A DNA stretch of 64,000 bases from Candidatus Uhrbacteria bacterium (lineage in GTDB: Bacteria; Patescibacteriota; Patescibacteriia; UBA9934). Position 1 is the first letter of the stretch, and each line of letters begins with the position of its first letter. A program made the position numbers and the translations under genes. The notes under the pieces are model-generated. The model was not told the DNA's origin, did no database searches, and was given only the letters and a program-made list of their open reading frames with translations. Location: assembly GCA_903827265.1 (NCBI GenBank), contig CAIKHN010000009.1:151-64150 (forward strand), given 5' to 3'. Below are positions 8,391 through 18,118 of the stretch, one piece after another.

Positions 8391-9152
8391 ATGTTTGGAT
8401 TTCTTGCGTTTCTCGTGTGGGCGTACATGACGGTGTGGTTTGGTGTCGCAGCACTTCGAAAACGAAATGATCTCGCTGACGTCGCGTGGGGAATTGGATT
8501 CGTTGTCCTTGCTTGGGCGTCGTGGATCGTTGGTACAGGAAGTATTCTTGCCGCCATGGTGAATACGCTTGTGACCGTGTGGGGCACACGACTCGCATGG
8601 CATATTTACCGGCGTCATCGAGGGCGGCCTGAGGATTTTCGTTATGCAGCATGGCGCGTTCAGTGGGGAGCGTGGGTTCTTCCACGGTCATATGCGCAAA
8701 TTTTTCTTTTACAAGGCGCGCTCATGTATGGCGTAGCGCTTCCTGTACTTGCGGTGAACCTCTTTCCATTGACGACGTCACCATTCGTTACTGTGGTGGG
8801 ATTTGCCGTGTGGTGTATCGGCTTTGCGTTTGAGTCTATTGGTGATGCACAGCTCGCGCGCTTCATTGCCGACCCGGCGCAAAAAGGAAAGCTGTTGATG
8901 TCTGGATTGTGGAAGTACACGCGTCATCCGAATTATTTTGGTGAAGTAACACAGTGGTGGGGAATATGGTGCGTGGTTGTTGCAAGTACAGGTGCCTGGT
9001 GGACGGTTATTGGCCCATTGATAATTACGGGGTTGATTTTGTGGGTCTCTGGAATTCCAATGCTCGAGGCGAAAATGAAACTTCATCCAGACTTTGCGGC
9101 GTACGCGAAAAGAACAAACCGATTTTTCCCGATGATTCCACGTCGGTCGTAA
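8391..9152 (+). CDS. DUF1295 / steroid-5-alpha-reductase-like (ICMT/PEMT superfamily) membrane protein
   Basis: Conserved RHPNYFGE motif. Polytopic. Confidence 0.65.
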   Translation: MFGFLAFLVWAYMTVWFGVAALRKRNDLADVAWGIGFVVLAWASWIVGTGSILAAMVNTLVTVWGTRLAWHIYRRHRGRPEDFRYAAWRVQWGAWVLPRSYAQIFLLQGALMYGVALPVLAVNLFPLTTSPFVTVVGFAVWCIGFAFESIGDAQLARFIADPAQKGKLLMSGLWKYTRHPNYFGEVTQWWGIWCVVVASTGAWWTVIGPLIITGLILWVSGIPMLEAKMKLHPDFAAYAKRTNRFFPMIPRRS

Positions 9153-9192
9153 CGCCGTTCGAAGGTGATCGTCATGCTATGATCGTGTACGT

Positions 9193-10254
9193 ATGATTCC
9201 GGGATCGCGACAGGCGCTGCAAACATACAAACGTGTTCGAGCGTTTGCACATCAGTACGAACGTTGGTTTATGCCAGCGATGCTTGTTGGTGGAACGGGT
9301 TTCGATGTGTGGCAATTTCGCGTTCTTGATTTGCGGGAAAAATTTATTGTCATGTGCGTGTACGTTGTAACGGTTATGGGTTCCATGGCTCTTACTGCGT
9401 ACAGACGTTCTGATGATCTTTCACCGTTGCGGTACTTAAAACTCGCTGCGCCGTTTGCGCAGCAATTTGCGATGGGAGGTTTGTTGAGCACTGCGCTGCT
9501 GTTTTATTGGTTCAGCGGAACGCTGTCGGTAACGTGGCCACTTGTCGTACTTGTTGCGCTCCTCATGATTTCAAACGAGACACTCCGGCACATTGTTCTT
9601 CGTCCATTGGTGCAAATTGGTATGTTGTATTTTGCGCTGTTTTCATTATTTGCAATTTGGTTTGCGCATCTTTTCGCATCGTTGAGCTGGCCAGTGTTTC
9701 TTGCAGGGGGCTTTGCAAGCATGGTAGTGATGTCGCTCTTGTTGGCGCTTCTCGTGAACCTTGGAGATTTGTATACCGACCGTATTCGGATGTGGTTGAC
9801 GATTGCTGGCGTGTTTGTGTTCATGAACGTGTGTTACTTCCTCAATATTATTCCGCCAATTCCGCTAGCATTGCGCGACGCAACAATGGCGTACAGCGTG
9901 ACTAACGATTACGTTCTTGTGACACCGGAGGAGTCATGGATCGATCGACTCATTCCTGGAGAGACTATTCTTGTGACGCCGGGCGATCCGTTGTACGCAT
10001 ATACAGCGGTGTATGCGCCAGAAGGGCTCTCAACAACAATTGTGCATCAGTGGCAACGCTACGACGACGAGACGCATCGGTGGGAAACTGAACATACGCT
10101 TTCATTCGCGATTGCCGGCGGACGACCTGACGGGTATCGCGGGTACTCCATGGTGTCGTCGCTCGCGGCAGGAAAGTGGCGGGTAAGTGTCGAAACGACA
10201 ACAGGCCAGGTGCTCGGTCGGATAACCTTCACCGTCGTCACCGGCGCAGAGTGA
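9193..10254 (+). CDS. Membrane protein with a C-terminal extracytoplasmic beta domain (DUF2914-like)
   Basis: N-terminal multi-TM region followed by a soluble C-terminal domain. Confidence 0.4.
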   Translation: MIPGSRQALQTYKRVRAFAHQYERWFMPAMLVGGTGFDVWQFRVLDLREKFIVMCVYVVTVMGSMALTAYRRSDDLSPLRYLKLAAPFAQQFAMGGLLSTALLFYWFSGTLSVTWPLVVLVALLMISNETLRHIVLRPLVQIGMLYFALFSLFAIWFAHLFASLSWPVFLAGGFASMVVMSLLLALLVNLGDLYTDRIRMWLTIAGVFVFMNVCYFLNIIPPIPLALRDATMAYSVTNDYVLVTPEESWIDRLIPGETILVTPGDPLYAYTAVYAPEGLSTTIVHQWQRYDDETHRWETEHTLSFAIAGGRPDGYRGYSMVSSLAAGKWRVSVETTTGQVLGRITFTVVTGAE

Positions 10255-10340
10255 TCGAGCGAATCAACGGGTGGCACCGAGGGACGCGAGCGCCAGTGAC
10301 GACGGTACATGTTTCGCAACGAGCAGCACGGATGCACAGC

Positions 10341-10362
10341 CACGTCGTTCGCGAACGACGTG
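10341..10362. repeat. Perfect 22-bp palindrome cacgtcgttcgcgaacgacgtg. A second copy lies at 38483..38506 inside the 38-kb repeat element.
   Basis: Exact sequence match seen by eye. Confidence 0.7.
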
Positions 10363-10465
10363 GCACGGCCGTAGTCGAGTGAAACGAGGCGTCACGGCGT
10401 AGCGTCCTTGCGCACAGTGAAGAAACATGTACCCGAGTCACCAAGCGAGCGATTAGGAATTGACT

Positions 10466-10493
10466 GGATCCCCGCCTTCGCGGGGATGACTGA
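10466..10493 (-). repeat. Short hairpin repeat family R1 (tcagtcatccccgcg-N4-gcggggatcc), reverse orientation. Other copies are at 20488..20515 and 27857..27884.
   Basis: Three near-identical copies, each an 8-bp-stem hairpin, all intergenic. Confidence 0.7.
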
Positions 10494-10564
10494 GGGAACG
10501 AGGATGACCATGGGAGGTTCGGCTTGCGCAAAACAAATATTTCTGCTAACATTCGCAAAATCCT

Positions 10565-10969
10565 ATGTACAACAAATACCAAAGTCAGCGTTCTGGTGGT
10601 TCAAATAGCGGAAAGCCCAACAATCGTGGCACATGGAACCGTGCTGGTGCAGGCCGTCCAGCTCCTCGCGAGTTGCACGACGCGACATGCAGCGAGTGCC
10701 GCAAGCCATGCCAAGTTCCTTTTTTCCCAAGTGAAGGTCGTCCGGTAAAATGTCGTGATTGTTTCCGTACCGACGGACCAAACTTCGACGATCGCGATGA
10801 CCGTCGTCCATCATTCGACCGCAAGCCATCGTACGCCGATCGTTCTGAACGTCCGGCCTATGCACCACGTGAAGAGCGTTCCTCTGGAAGTGGCGATTCC
10901 GTCCGCCTTGCAGCAATTGAGCGCAAACTTGATCAGATCCTCGAGCTTCTCGACGCAGACGAAATGTAA
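10565..10969 (+). CDS. Zinc-ribbon protein (CSEC-x17-CRDC) with a disordered basic/acidic C-terminal tail
   Basis: CxxC…CxxC spacing. The gene is followed by a strong terminator. Confidence 0.45.
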   Translation: MYNKYQSQRSGGSNSGKPNNRGTWNRAGAGRPAPRELHDATCSECRKPCQVPFFPSEGRPVKCRDCFRTDGPNFDDRDDRRPSFDRKPSYADRSERPAYAPREERSSGSGDSVRLAAIERKLDQILELLDADEM

Positions 10970-10980
10970 ATAAAAGAACC

Positions 10981-11017
10981 GCGGCCGCCTCGCAATGAGG
11001 CGGCCGCGCGTTTTTTT
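10981..11017. terminator. Intrinsic terminator (gcggccgcctc-gcaatg-aggcggccgc plus T7), usable bidirectionally
   Basis: GC-rich perfect hairpin with a T-run. Confidence 0.65.
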
Positions 11018-11786
11018 ACTGCCACTGAACCAGGAATCCGGCGGCGTTGTGCGATTGGGCAATCACGTAGCCATTGTTTGTGCTTCGTTCTCCTCCTTTC
11101 ACGAGCCGAGGCTTTGCCCTCGGGTACGCAGCGCGAATGAAGAACATGTGCTCGCGACTCACCGCAGTGAGGTCGATCACGAATCGGAGAAGTGTTTGTG
11201 GCGTACCGTCGGGCGGCGGTCGAACCTCGCTCGGCAGCGCTCGATCGAGAAGGAACCGTCGATCGTGCCGGTGGATCCGATACGTTTCGTCGCCTTCTGA
11301 AGTGCTGATGACCGCCCAGCGCGGAACAGGCCTCGGACTCTGAATGTGGACTCGATATTTCCGGCTGAGACGCTCCACCGCATTCATGAACGCAATGTTG
11401 CGTTCGCGGTCAGAGCTCGGCAGATGCGGCAGATCTGGAAAGCATGTCGATGCGTATCGTTCAGCGGTTCCGCCAGGCTTCAGTCCGGGATGATGGAGTC
11501 GGTGCACCTCTGACATGGAGAGCGGGACGAGCTCGATGTCATCGCCGATTGCGTAATCGCGAGCGAACGTCTCTCGTTCAAGCGGTCCGCGGATGTCCCA
11601 GACGTTTCCGTCGGGTGCCAGCACACCGGCGTGGTTTCCGTTGCGAAGCCGTACCATTGGCCAACCGGTGATCCGGTGGAGGCCGGCGGCAAATGCGTAG
11701 CAGTCGCCGTGAAGGTATCCGTCTTCGATGCTCCGGCGGAGCGTATCTCGATCGTATGCATCGGGTGTGAGAACCGTGGTCGTCAT
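11016..11786 (-). CDS. Hypothetical protein, GC-rich (about 60% GC)
   Basis: The ORF start is trimmed to the MTTTVLTP Met. Composition is distinct from the neighbours. No motif recognised. Confidence 0.35.
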   Translation of the reverse strand: MTTTVLTPDAYDRDTLRRSIEDGYLHGDCYAFAAGLHRITGWPMVRLRNGNHAGVLAPDGNVWDIRGPLERETFARDYAIGDDIELVPLSMSEVHRLHHPGLKPGGTAERYASTCFPDLPHLPSSDRERNIAFMNAVERLSRKYRVHIQSPRPVPRWAVISTSEGDETYRIHRHDRRFLLDRALPSEVRPPPDGTPQTLLRFVIDLTAVSREHMFFIRAAYPRAKPRLVKGGERSTNNGYVIAQSHNAAGFLVQWQ

Positions 11787-11871
11787 GATGATCACCGGGG
11801 TAGCGCGGTTGTGAAAACGGACGGTGAAGCGTAGCATAATGGTATACTCAAGGCAACATAAACCCTTATCT

Positions 11872-12798
11872 ATGAAGGCTCTTCCACGCTCGACAGCGAA
11901 AGATGTGTTTGCACATTTGTTCGCCATTGTGACGCTTTACGTGTCGGTCGTGTCATTCATTGTTCTTGGATTCCAGTACATCGACGTTTCGTTTCCTGAT
12001 GCGTTGAATTTCTATTACACCGGCGCCTTGGATGCGATCCGTGGAGGCATGGCGAGCCTTATCGTGATGTGGCCAGCGTTCATTGGTATTTCGTGGTTCA
12101 TGCACAAGGACGCAAAAGCAGAACCAGAGAAACGCGAAATCGCTATTCGAAAATGGTTGCTGTACCTCACATTGTTTGTGACGGCAATCACGATTGTTGT
12201 TGATCTCATCACGTTAGTGAACTACTTCTTGAACGGAGAAATCACGACACGATTCATTTTGAAAGTTCTAGTGATGCTTGCAACGGCGGCTGCGGTGTTT
12301 GCGTATTACCTTTGGGACTTGCGGACAGAGTCGATTGCGAAATCGACGACACCAAAAAAGACGGCAATCGCAGCATCGGTCGTGGTCATCGCAACGATCG
12401 TTCTCGGGTTCCTTCTTGTTGGCTCACCAGCACAGCAGCGCAAAGTTCGATTCGACGATCAACGTGTGTCTGAGCTGACATCAATCCAGTATGAAATCGC
12501 GAATTACTACAGTACGAAGCACGTGCTTCCAATCGGATTAGCCGATCTCACAAACGCGCTGAGTGGATTTACAACACCAAAAGATCCTTCAACTGGTGCG
12601 CAGTTCGAATACAGCACGAAGAGCACATTGTCGTTCGAGTTGTGTGCGACGTTTGAGGCAGAATCTGCTGGTGGAGATGTTGTTCAAGCTGTTCCAGTGT
12701 ACGGCGGTTACGGATCACCTGATCAAAACTGGACGCACGGCGTTGGCCGAACATGTTTTACCCGCACGATTGACCCTACAATGTATCCAACAAAGTAG
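11872..12798 (+). CDS. DUF5671-like membrane protein (N-terminal TM bundle plus C-terminal domain)
   Basis: TM topology and family-like pattern. The start is trimmed to MKALPRS. Confidence 0.45.
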   Translation: MKALPRSTAKDVFAHLFAIVTLYVSVVSFIVLGFQYIDVSFPDALNFYYTGALDAIRGGMASLIVMWPAFIGISWFMHKDAKAEPEKREIAIRKWLLYLTLFVTAITIVVDLITLVNYFLNGEITTRFILKVLVMLATAAAVFAYYLWDLRTESIAKSTTPKKTAIAASVVVIATIVLGFLLVGSPAQQRKVRFDDQRVSELTSIQYEIANYYSTKHVLPIGLADLTNALSGFTTPKDPSTGAQFEYSTKSTLSFELCATFEAESAGGDVVQAVPVYGGYGSPDQNWTHGVGRTCFTRTIDPTMYPTK

Positions 12799-12803
12799 AA
12801 ATC

Positions 12804-12846
12804 AAAAAAAAACGCCACCTCGGTCACGACCGAGGTGGCGTTTTTT
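12804..12846. terminator. Bidirectional terminator (A9-cgccacctcgg-tcacga-ccgaggtggcg-T6)
   Basis: Perfect 11-bp stem flanked by an A-run and a T-run, between convergent genes. Confidence 0.7.
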
Positions 12847-12849
12847 GAT

Positions 12850-13647
12850 TTACTTCGCAATCTGGAATGTATCTTTTTGCGTAATGTTGTAATGCTTGGC
12901 TGCACTCGATCCTTGCACGACGAGTTCTAAGAACCGTTTGTGTCCGTAGCCGGAGCTTCCCATGGTTAATCCGGTTTGGTAGTTCGGAACGGTACGAAGT
13001 TGTTTGTAGCATGTCGCCTTGATTGCGAGACCGTTCAAAATGATTTCGCGTTCAGCGCCTTCTTCGAACTGGATGTCTTCTGGAAGAAGTGTCGTCTTGC
13101 AGTTGCCGAACGAGTCAATGCGCCACACATCGAGGGCGGCGTCGGGAATATCGACGAACATCAGTTTTTCTGATGGTACATCTTTTTTGTCCCATACAAT
13201 GCGAGCCAAACGAGGAAGATAATCGAAGCTTCGGAACTGTGATGTTGCAGCGCGATCGATAATTTCTTGGCTGTATCCGCCGAATGCAAGAACCGTACGA
13301 ATGTCTGTCACGTTGACGTGATCCGCGAGTCCAAACTTTTTCAGAAGTGAAAGCACTTCTCCGTCAATCGTGCAGACAACGAGAATTTTTCCGATCCAGA
13401 GATATCCGAATGGTGTGCCGTTTGGCCACTTGCGAGCCGCACCATGGCGAGGAGCGACGTTGACGGCGATGATGCCTTCCTGATCGTCAGATGCATCAAG
13501 GACGTCGATGAGGTTTCCGGCTGCCTCAATATCTGAGAATGCTCCTGCAAAACTTGAAGGCACGCCAGGGAATAGAACGCTGTATCGAGTCTGCTGACGA
13601 ATCTGTGCGTTTCCGTCTTGGCAATCGGTGATGATCGAAATAAACAT
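12850..13647 (-). CDS. SAM hydroxide adenosyltransferase family protein (DUF62; fluorinase/chlorinase-like fold)
   Basis: N-terminal IITDCQDG… pattern and a conserved DSFGN motif. The start is trimmed to MFISIITD. Confidence 0.6.
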   Translation of the reverse strand: MFISIITDCQDGNAQIRQQTRYSVLFPGVPSSFAGAFSDIEAAGNLIDVLDASDDQEGIIAVNVAPRHGAARKWPNGTPFGYLWIGKILVVCTIDGEVLSLLKKFGLADHVNVTDIRTVLAFGGYSQEIIDRAATSQFRSFDYLPRLARIVWDKKDVPSEKLMFVDIPDAALDVWRIDSFGNCKTTLLPEDIQFEEGAEREIILNGLAIKATCYKQLRTVPNYQTGLTMGSSGYGHKRFLELVVQGSSAAKHYNITQKDTFQIAK

Positions 13648-13709
13648 AGGGAAGATATTTACGCTGATTATGACACACCAACGGCCGAATATCAAGCAAG
13701 GACGATATA

Positions 13710-13738
13710 TTGACGAGAATTCGATTAGCTGCTAATCT
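13710..13738 (+). promoter_or_regulatory. Candidate sigma70 promoter for the marR-ABC operon (TTGACG, 17-nt spacer, TAATCT) overlapped by the perfect palindrome ATTAGC-T-GCTAAT at 13724..13736, a likely MarR operator
   Basis: Hexamers and spacing seen directly. The palindrome spans the -10 element. Confidence 0.4.
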
Positions 13739-13761
13739 ATTCAGGTTCTAATGCATTCTCT

Positions 13762-14199
13762 ATGAAGCGTGAAAAAATCCTCGCCGACGTGTTTGACGGC
13801 ATGGGGATGATGCGACGGTTTTTCGCCATGAAAAGCGATCCGCATCAGCACCAGAAAGACATGCCAACGCGGGCACAAATTGCCGTCATGATGTTGCTTC
13901 AACAGACGCCGCAAATGGGTGTGAAGGACATCGCACACGCGTTGTGCATGACGTCTTCTGGTGCCACGCAGACCATCGACAGTTTAGTGACCGAGAAGCT
14001 TCTCACTCGGAAGGCCGATCGCTCTGACCGTCGAAAGATCGCTATTAGCCTTACTGCTCGAGGAAAGCATGTTTTAGCCAAAGCGAAAGCGGCGCACAAG
14101 GGTATGATGTCGGTCATGTTTGCGCCGCTCTCGACAGAGGAATTGCTCCAGCTCAAAAATATTCAAGAAAAGATTATCGCGCATTTGCAAAATGTATGA
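13762..14199 (+). CDS. MarR-family transcriptional regulator
   Basis: Winged-helix pattern with …SDRRKIAISLTARG…. The 4-nt ATGA overlap with the downstream gene indicates an operon. Confidence 0.75.
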   Translation: MKREKILADVFDGMGMMRRFFAMKSDPHQHQKDMPTRAQIAVMMLLQQTPQMGVKDIAHALCMTSSGATQTIDSLVTEKLLTRKADRSDRRKIAISLTARGKHVLAKAKAAHKGMMSVMFAPLSTEELLQLKNIQEKIIAHLQNV

Positions 14200-15929
14200 G
14201 TACAACGTCGCAAAAGAAATCTCCTCCAAGTATTTTCTCGGTGCTCACGCCGTATCGTGGGTTCGTTGCGTTTTTAGTTCTTGTTGCTGTTGCAATGAAC
14301 TCGGTGAGCTTAGTTATTCCAAAGCTTGTCTCACGAGCGATCGATGCATATTTAACGCATCGGTTCGATCCGTCGACAATTACCATTGAGTTCGTTGCTG
14401 TTGCGATTGGTATCGCGATCCTTACATATGTTCAGGGCGTCATGCAGACATATGCATCGGAGCGTGTTGCGCGAGATTTGCGCAATGCATTAACGGCAAA
14501 AATTTCAAATCAGAGTTTTGCGTATATTCAAGAAAAAACACCGTCGCAATTACTCACGAATCTTACATCCGACATTGATGCGGTGAAACTCTTCGTCTCA
14601 CAAGCGGTTGTTTCACTTGTATCCTCGGCAATCATCATTATTGGGTCAGCGATCCTTTTGCTTTCGATTCAATACGAACTTGCGATTGTCGTGTTGTGTG
14701 TGTTGCCGGCAATTGGCTTTGCCTTTGCCATGACACTCGCACGTGTTCGTCCATTGTTTAAAGCATCACAGGAAGTCATCGACTGGTTAAACAAGGTCAT
14801 TAACGAAAGCATTCTCGGCGCTGCATTTATTCGCGTGGTGAATGCGCGAAAAACCGAAGAAGGAAAATTTGCAACAGTGAACGCAAAGGCGAAAGACGTG
14901 AGCATGAACATTCTGTATCTCTTTGCCGGACTTATTCCAATCATCACGTTTGTTGCAAGCTTTGCAACGCTTGTGATTTTGTTCCTCGGTGGACACCTCG
15001 TGATTGGTGGCGGACTTTCCCTTGGTGATTTTGCGGCATTCAATAGTTACGTTGGCCTGATGATCTTCCCGATTCTTATGCTCGGCATGATGAGTAACGT
15101 CGTCGCTCGTGCAACAACGTCGTATGAGCGCATTATTGGTGTGTTGAATGCGCCAGAAACAAAGGATGTTGGTGCGCATGTCGCAGAAATTCATGGTGAT
15201 ATTGATGTACAGAACGTCACGGTAATGTTTGGGGAAAAGTATGCACTGAAAGACGTGTCGCTCTCTATTAAGGCTGGAACAAAAACAGCGATTCTTGGTC
15301 CGACAGCGGCCGGAAAGACGCAGTTGCTGTATGCACTCATCGGACTGATTGATCCGCAGGAAGGATCGGTGTCGTACGATGGTGTTCCCATGAAGGAGTA
15401 CGAGAAAGTGTCGTTCTACCGTCAGATTGGGTTGGTGTTTCAGGAAAGCATCATGTTTAACGTGTCAGTGCGGGAAAATATCGCGTTTGCAGGAACTGCA
15501 ACGGAGGCCGATATCGCAAAGGCGATCGCTACGGCTGAATTGAACGATTTCATTTCGACGTTGCCGCAAGGTTTGGACTCTATTGTCTCAGAGCGCGGAT
15601 CAAGCCTATCTGGCGGACAGAAGCAACGCATTATGCTTGCACGTGCACTCGCCTTGAATCCGAAGATTCTATTCCTCGATGACTTTACTGCACGTGTCGA
15701 CGCAAAAACGGAACAAAAGATTGTCGCGAACATCGCGGCGAATTATCCGAACACAACTATTGTGTCGGTGACCCAAACTATTGCGCCGATTCAAGCGTAT
15801 GACCAAATCGTGCTCGTGATGGAAGGAGAAATTCTTGCAAAGGGCACGCACGCAGAACTCATGCAAACTTCATCAGAGTACGTCCAAATGGTTGAATCAC
15901 AGCAAAGCACCAGCGCATATGAACTATAA
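14196..15929 (+). CDS. ABC exporter permease/ATPase fusion (type I exporter, MsbA-like), subunit 1
   Basis: Six-TM TMD followed by an NBD with Walker A GPTAAGKT, signature LSGGQKQR and Walker B ILFLDD. Confidence 0.8.
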   Translation: MSTTSQKKSPPSIFSVLTPYRGFVAFLVLVAVAMNSVSLVIPKLVSRAIDAYLTHRFDPSTITIEFVAVAIGIAILTYVQGVMQTYASERVARDLRNALTAKISNQSFAYIQEKTPSQLLTNLTSDIDAVKLFVSQAVVSLVSSAIIIIGSAILLLSIQYELAIVVLCVLPAIGFAFAMTLARVRPLFKASQEVIDWLNKVINESILGAAFIRVVNARKTEEGKFATVNAKAKDVSMNILYLFAGLIPIITFVASFATLVILFLGGHLVIGGGLSLGDFAAFNSYVGLMIFPILMLGMMSNVVARATTSYERIIGVLNAPETKDVGAHVAEIHGDIDVQNVTVMFGEKYALKDVSLSIKAGTKTAILGPTAAGKTQLLYALIGLIDPQEGSVSYDGVPMKEYEKVSFYRQIGLVFQESIMFNVSVRENIAFAGTATEADIAKAIATAELNDFISTLPQGLDSIVSERGSSLSGGQKQRIMLARALALNPKILFLDDFTARVDAKTEQKIVANIAANYPNTTIVSVTQTIAPIQAYDQIVLVMEGEILAKGTHAELMQTSSEYVQMVESQQSTSAYEL

Positions 15930-17676
15930 TCTTGCCGAAAACAAAGGGACGTCGTCTAACGCCCTTCTGGCCGTTGCGAAAAAATTCGTTCCGTTTATTC
16001 GAGGAGAAAAGAAAGGGATGATCATCGCACTCATTGCGATTGTTCTGAACTCTGGATTAAACCTCGCTGCGCCAATTATTGTTGGTCACGTTGTCGATAC
16101 ATACATTGTCACGCGTCAGTTTGATGGCGTGGTCACATTCTCTGCTTTGCTTCTCGCGATTTTCGGGCTCGCGGCATTGGCGCAGTACACGCAAACTCGA
16201 GTGATGGGCGCGGTAAGTAATCGTGTCTTGTTCAATTTGCGTAATGTAATCTTCACGAAGCTTCAAACGCTTCCTGTTGCATTCTTTAACCAAAATAAAG
16301 CCGGTGATCTTATTTCGCGTATTAACAACGATACGGATAAGTTGAACCAGTTTTTCTCACAAGCACTCATGCAGTTCGTGGGAAGCGTGTTTATGGTTAT
16401 TGGTGCGGGAATCTCTGTGTTAGTAATTAGCCCTCGTCTCGGCGCCGCGGCGCTTGCTCCTGCGTTGTTCTTGCTTGTCATTACACGGGTACTTTCAGGT
16501 TGGATGAAACGCAAGAATGCAAAGAGCTTGGAAACGATTGGCGACATGAGCGCAAGTATTCAAGAAAGCTTGAACAACTTTAGCGTGATTGTAGCATTCC
16601 ATCGTCAGGACTACTTCCGTGAGCGGTTTACGACGGTGAATGAAAAGAACTTCAAGGCGTCAATTACCGCTGGACTTGCGAATACGATCTTTACACCAAT
16701 CTACGGTTTGTCGAGCAATATTGCGGTTCTGGTGGTTATTGCGTACGGCGCACACCTTATTGGTCTCGGACTCCTGACGATTGGTGTGCTCATTAGTTTC
16801 TTGACGTACGTGACGCGGTTTTATGATCCGTTGCGCCAAATCGCAAGTCTTTGGAGTTCGTTCCAGCTTGCACTTGCGGCGTGGGATCGTATCTCCGACA
16901 TTCTGAGTATGGAATCGGAAATGGTTGAAGGCGATGGCGTAACACATGGCGCAGCAGGCCCTGTGCTCGAATTCAAAAACGTGAAGTTCCATTATCCAAA
17001 CGGGAAGACTGTGCTGCGTGACGTGAATCTTTCGCTTGAAGCAGGGAAGACGTACGCGCTTGTTGGCCCGACCGGTGGAGGAAAAACAACGACAGCATCG
17101 TTGATGGCTCGCTTGTATGATCCGTCAGAAGGATCTGTCTTGTTGCACGGAACAGATATTCGGTCGTACACATCTGCTGATCGCGCAAAGCGCATCGGAT
17201 TCATTTTGCAGGAACCATTCCTGTTTACTGGAACGATTCGGGACAACATCGTCTACGGCAACGACGAACTCGCTTCGGTATCATCGGAACAGCTCGTTGA
17301 AATTATTACGAAGAGCGGACTCTCGTCGTTGTTGCCGCGATTTGCTGAAGGCTTGGATACTCCAGTAACGTCCAATGGAAATTCTATGAGCCTTGGACAG
17401 CGACAGTTAATTGCGTTTATGCGTGCAGTGTTGCGGAAACCGGATGTTCTTATTTTGGACGAGGCTACTGCGAACATCGACACTGTAACGGAACAACTTC
17501 TTGAAGAGATTCTTCGCCAGCTTCCATCAACGACAACACGTGTGATTATTGCGCACCGTTTGAACACCATCGAGGCAGCGGATGAAATTTACTTTGTGAA
17601 CGCGGGAACTGTATCGCCAGCAGGATCACTGGAGCATGCTGTTTCCATGGTGATGCACGGGAAACGGGAATCGTAG
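15919..17676 (+). CDS. ABC exporter permease/ATPase fusion, subunit 2 (heterodimer partner)
   Basis: TMD plus an NBD with GPTGGGKTT and a degenerate signature (SLGQRQL), i.e. the asymmetric heterodimer type. The start overlaps the upstream gene. Confidence 0.8.
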   Translation: MNYNLAENKGTSSNALLAVAKKFVPFIRGEKKGMIIALIAIVLNSGLNLAAPIIVGHVVDTYIVTRQFDGVVTFSALLLAIFGLAALAQYTQTRVMGAVSNRVLFNLRNVIFTKLQTLPVAFFNQNKAGDLISRINNDTDKLNQFFSQALMQFVGSVFMVIGAGISVLVISPRLGAAALAPALFLLVITRVLSGWMKRKNAKSLETIGDMSASIQESLNNFSVIVAFHRQDYFRERFTTVNEKNFKASITAGLANTIFTPIYGLSSNIAVLVVIAYGAHLIGLGLLTIGVLISFLTYVTRFYDPLRQIASLWSSFQLALAAWDRISDILSMESEMVEGDGVTHGAAGPVLEFKNVKFHYPNGKTVLRDVNLSLEAGKTYALVGPTGGGKTTTASLMARLYDPSEGSVLLHGTDIRSYTSADRAKRIGFILQEPFLFTGTIRDNIVYGNDELASVSSEQLVEIITKSGLSSLLPRFAEGLDTPVTSNGNSMSLGQRQLIAFMRAVLRKPDVLILDEATANIDTVTEQLLEEILRQLPSTTTRVIIAHRLNTIEAADEIYFVNAGTVSPAGSLEHAVSMVMHGKRES

Positions 17677-17689
17677 TTCTGAACGAAGA

Positions 17690-18090
17690 CCCTCCCCCTT
17701 TCCGAGGGGGAGTAGGAGGGGGTGGAAGCTATAGAAATCAGACCTGATTCTTTTGAAAAGGTCGTGACGGAAATGGCCGCGTGAAGAAAATGTCGGGAGT
17801 ATGGGTGTTCGATTTTAAAAGGGGTATTTTGTTAACGCAACTCATTCGCATTAAGGAATCGGTGGTTAATTATTGCGTGGACGCATAGGTCGTATTGGAC
17901 CAATACGACCAATATTCAATACTTAATTGAAACTGATTTCGAAATTTTCAGATTTTCGATTCATATCGCAACGTGGTGTGAAGTTTAAAAGGGTCAAAAA
18001 ACGACAGTAGTGTTTCAAAATGAGGATACCGACACGGACGATTCACCTCCCCGACCCCTCTAAAGAATCAGTTTCATCCTGGTCTTTTTC
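17690..18090 (+). repeat. Copy 1 of an intergenic repeat element. It comprises an upstream ~70-bp module X (hairpin ctcccctttccgaggggag, then …aatcagacctgattcttttgaaaag), a ~320-bp interior bounded by inverted repeats ctgattctttt (17744..17754) / aaagaatcag (18062..18071), and the interior palindrome ggtcgtattgg-a-ccaatacgacc. Copy 2 at about 38135..38570 has the interior in the opposite orientation.
   Basis: Direct comparison with 38135..38570: X and the tail are direct repeats; the interior is about 95% identical as a reverse complement. Confidence 0.65.
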
Positions 18091-18118
18091 TCTTTTTTCC
18101 CGTACACTTCTGCCGAAT

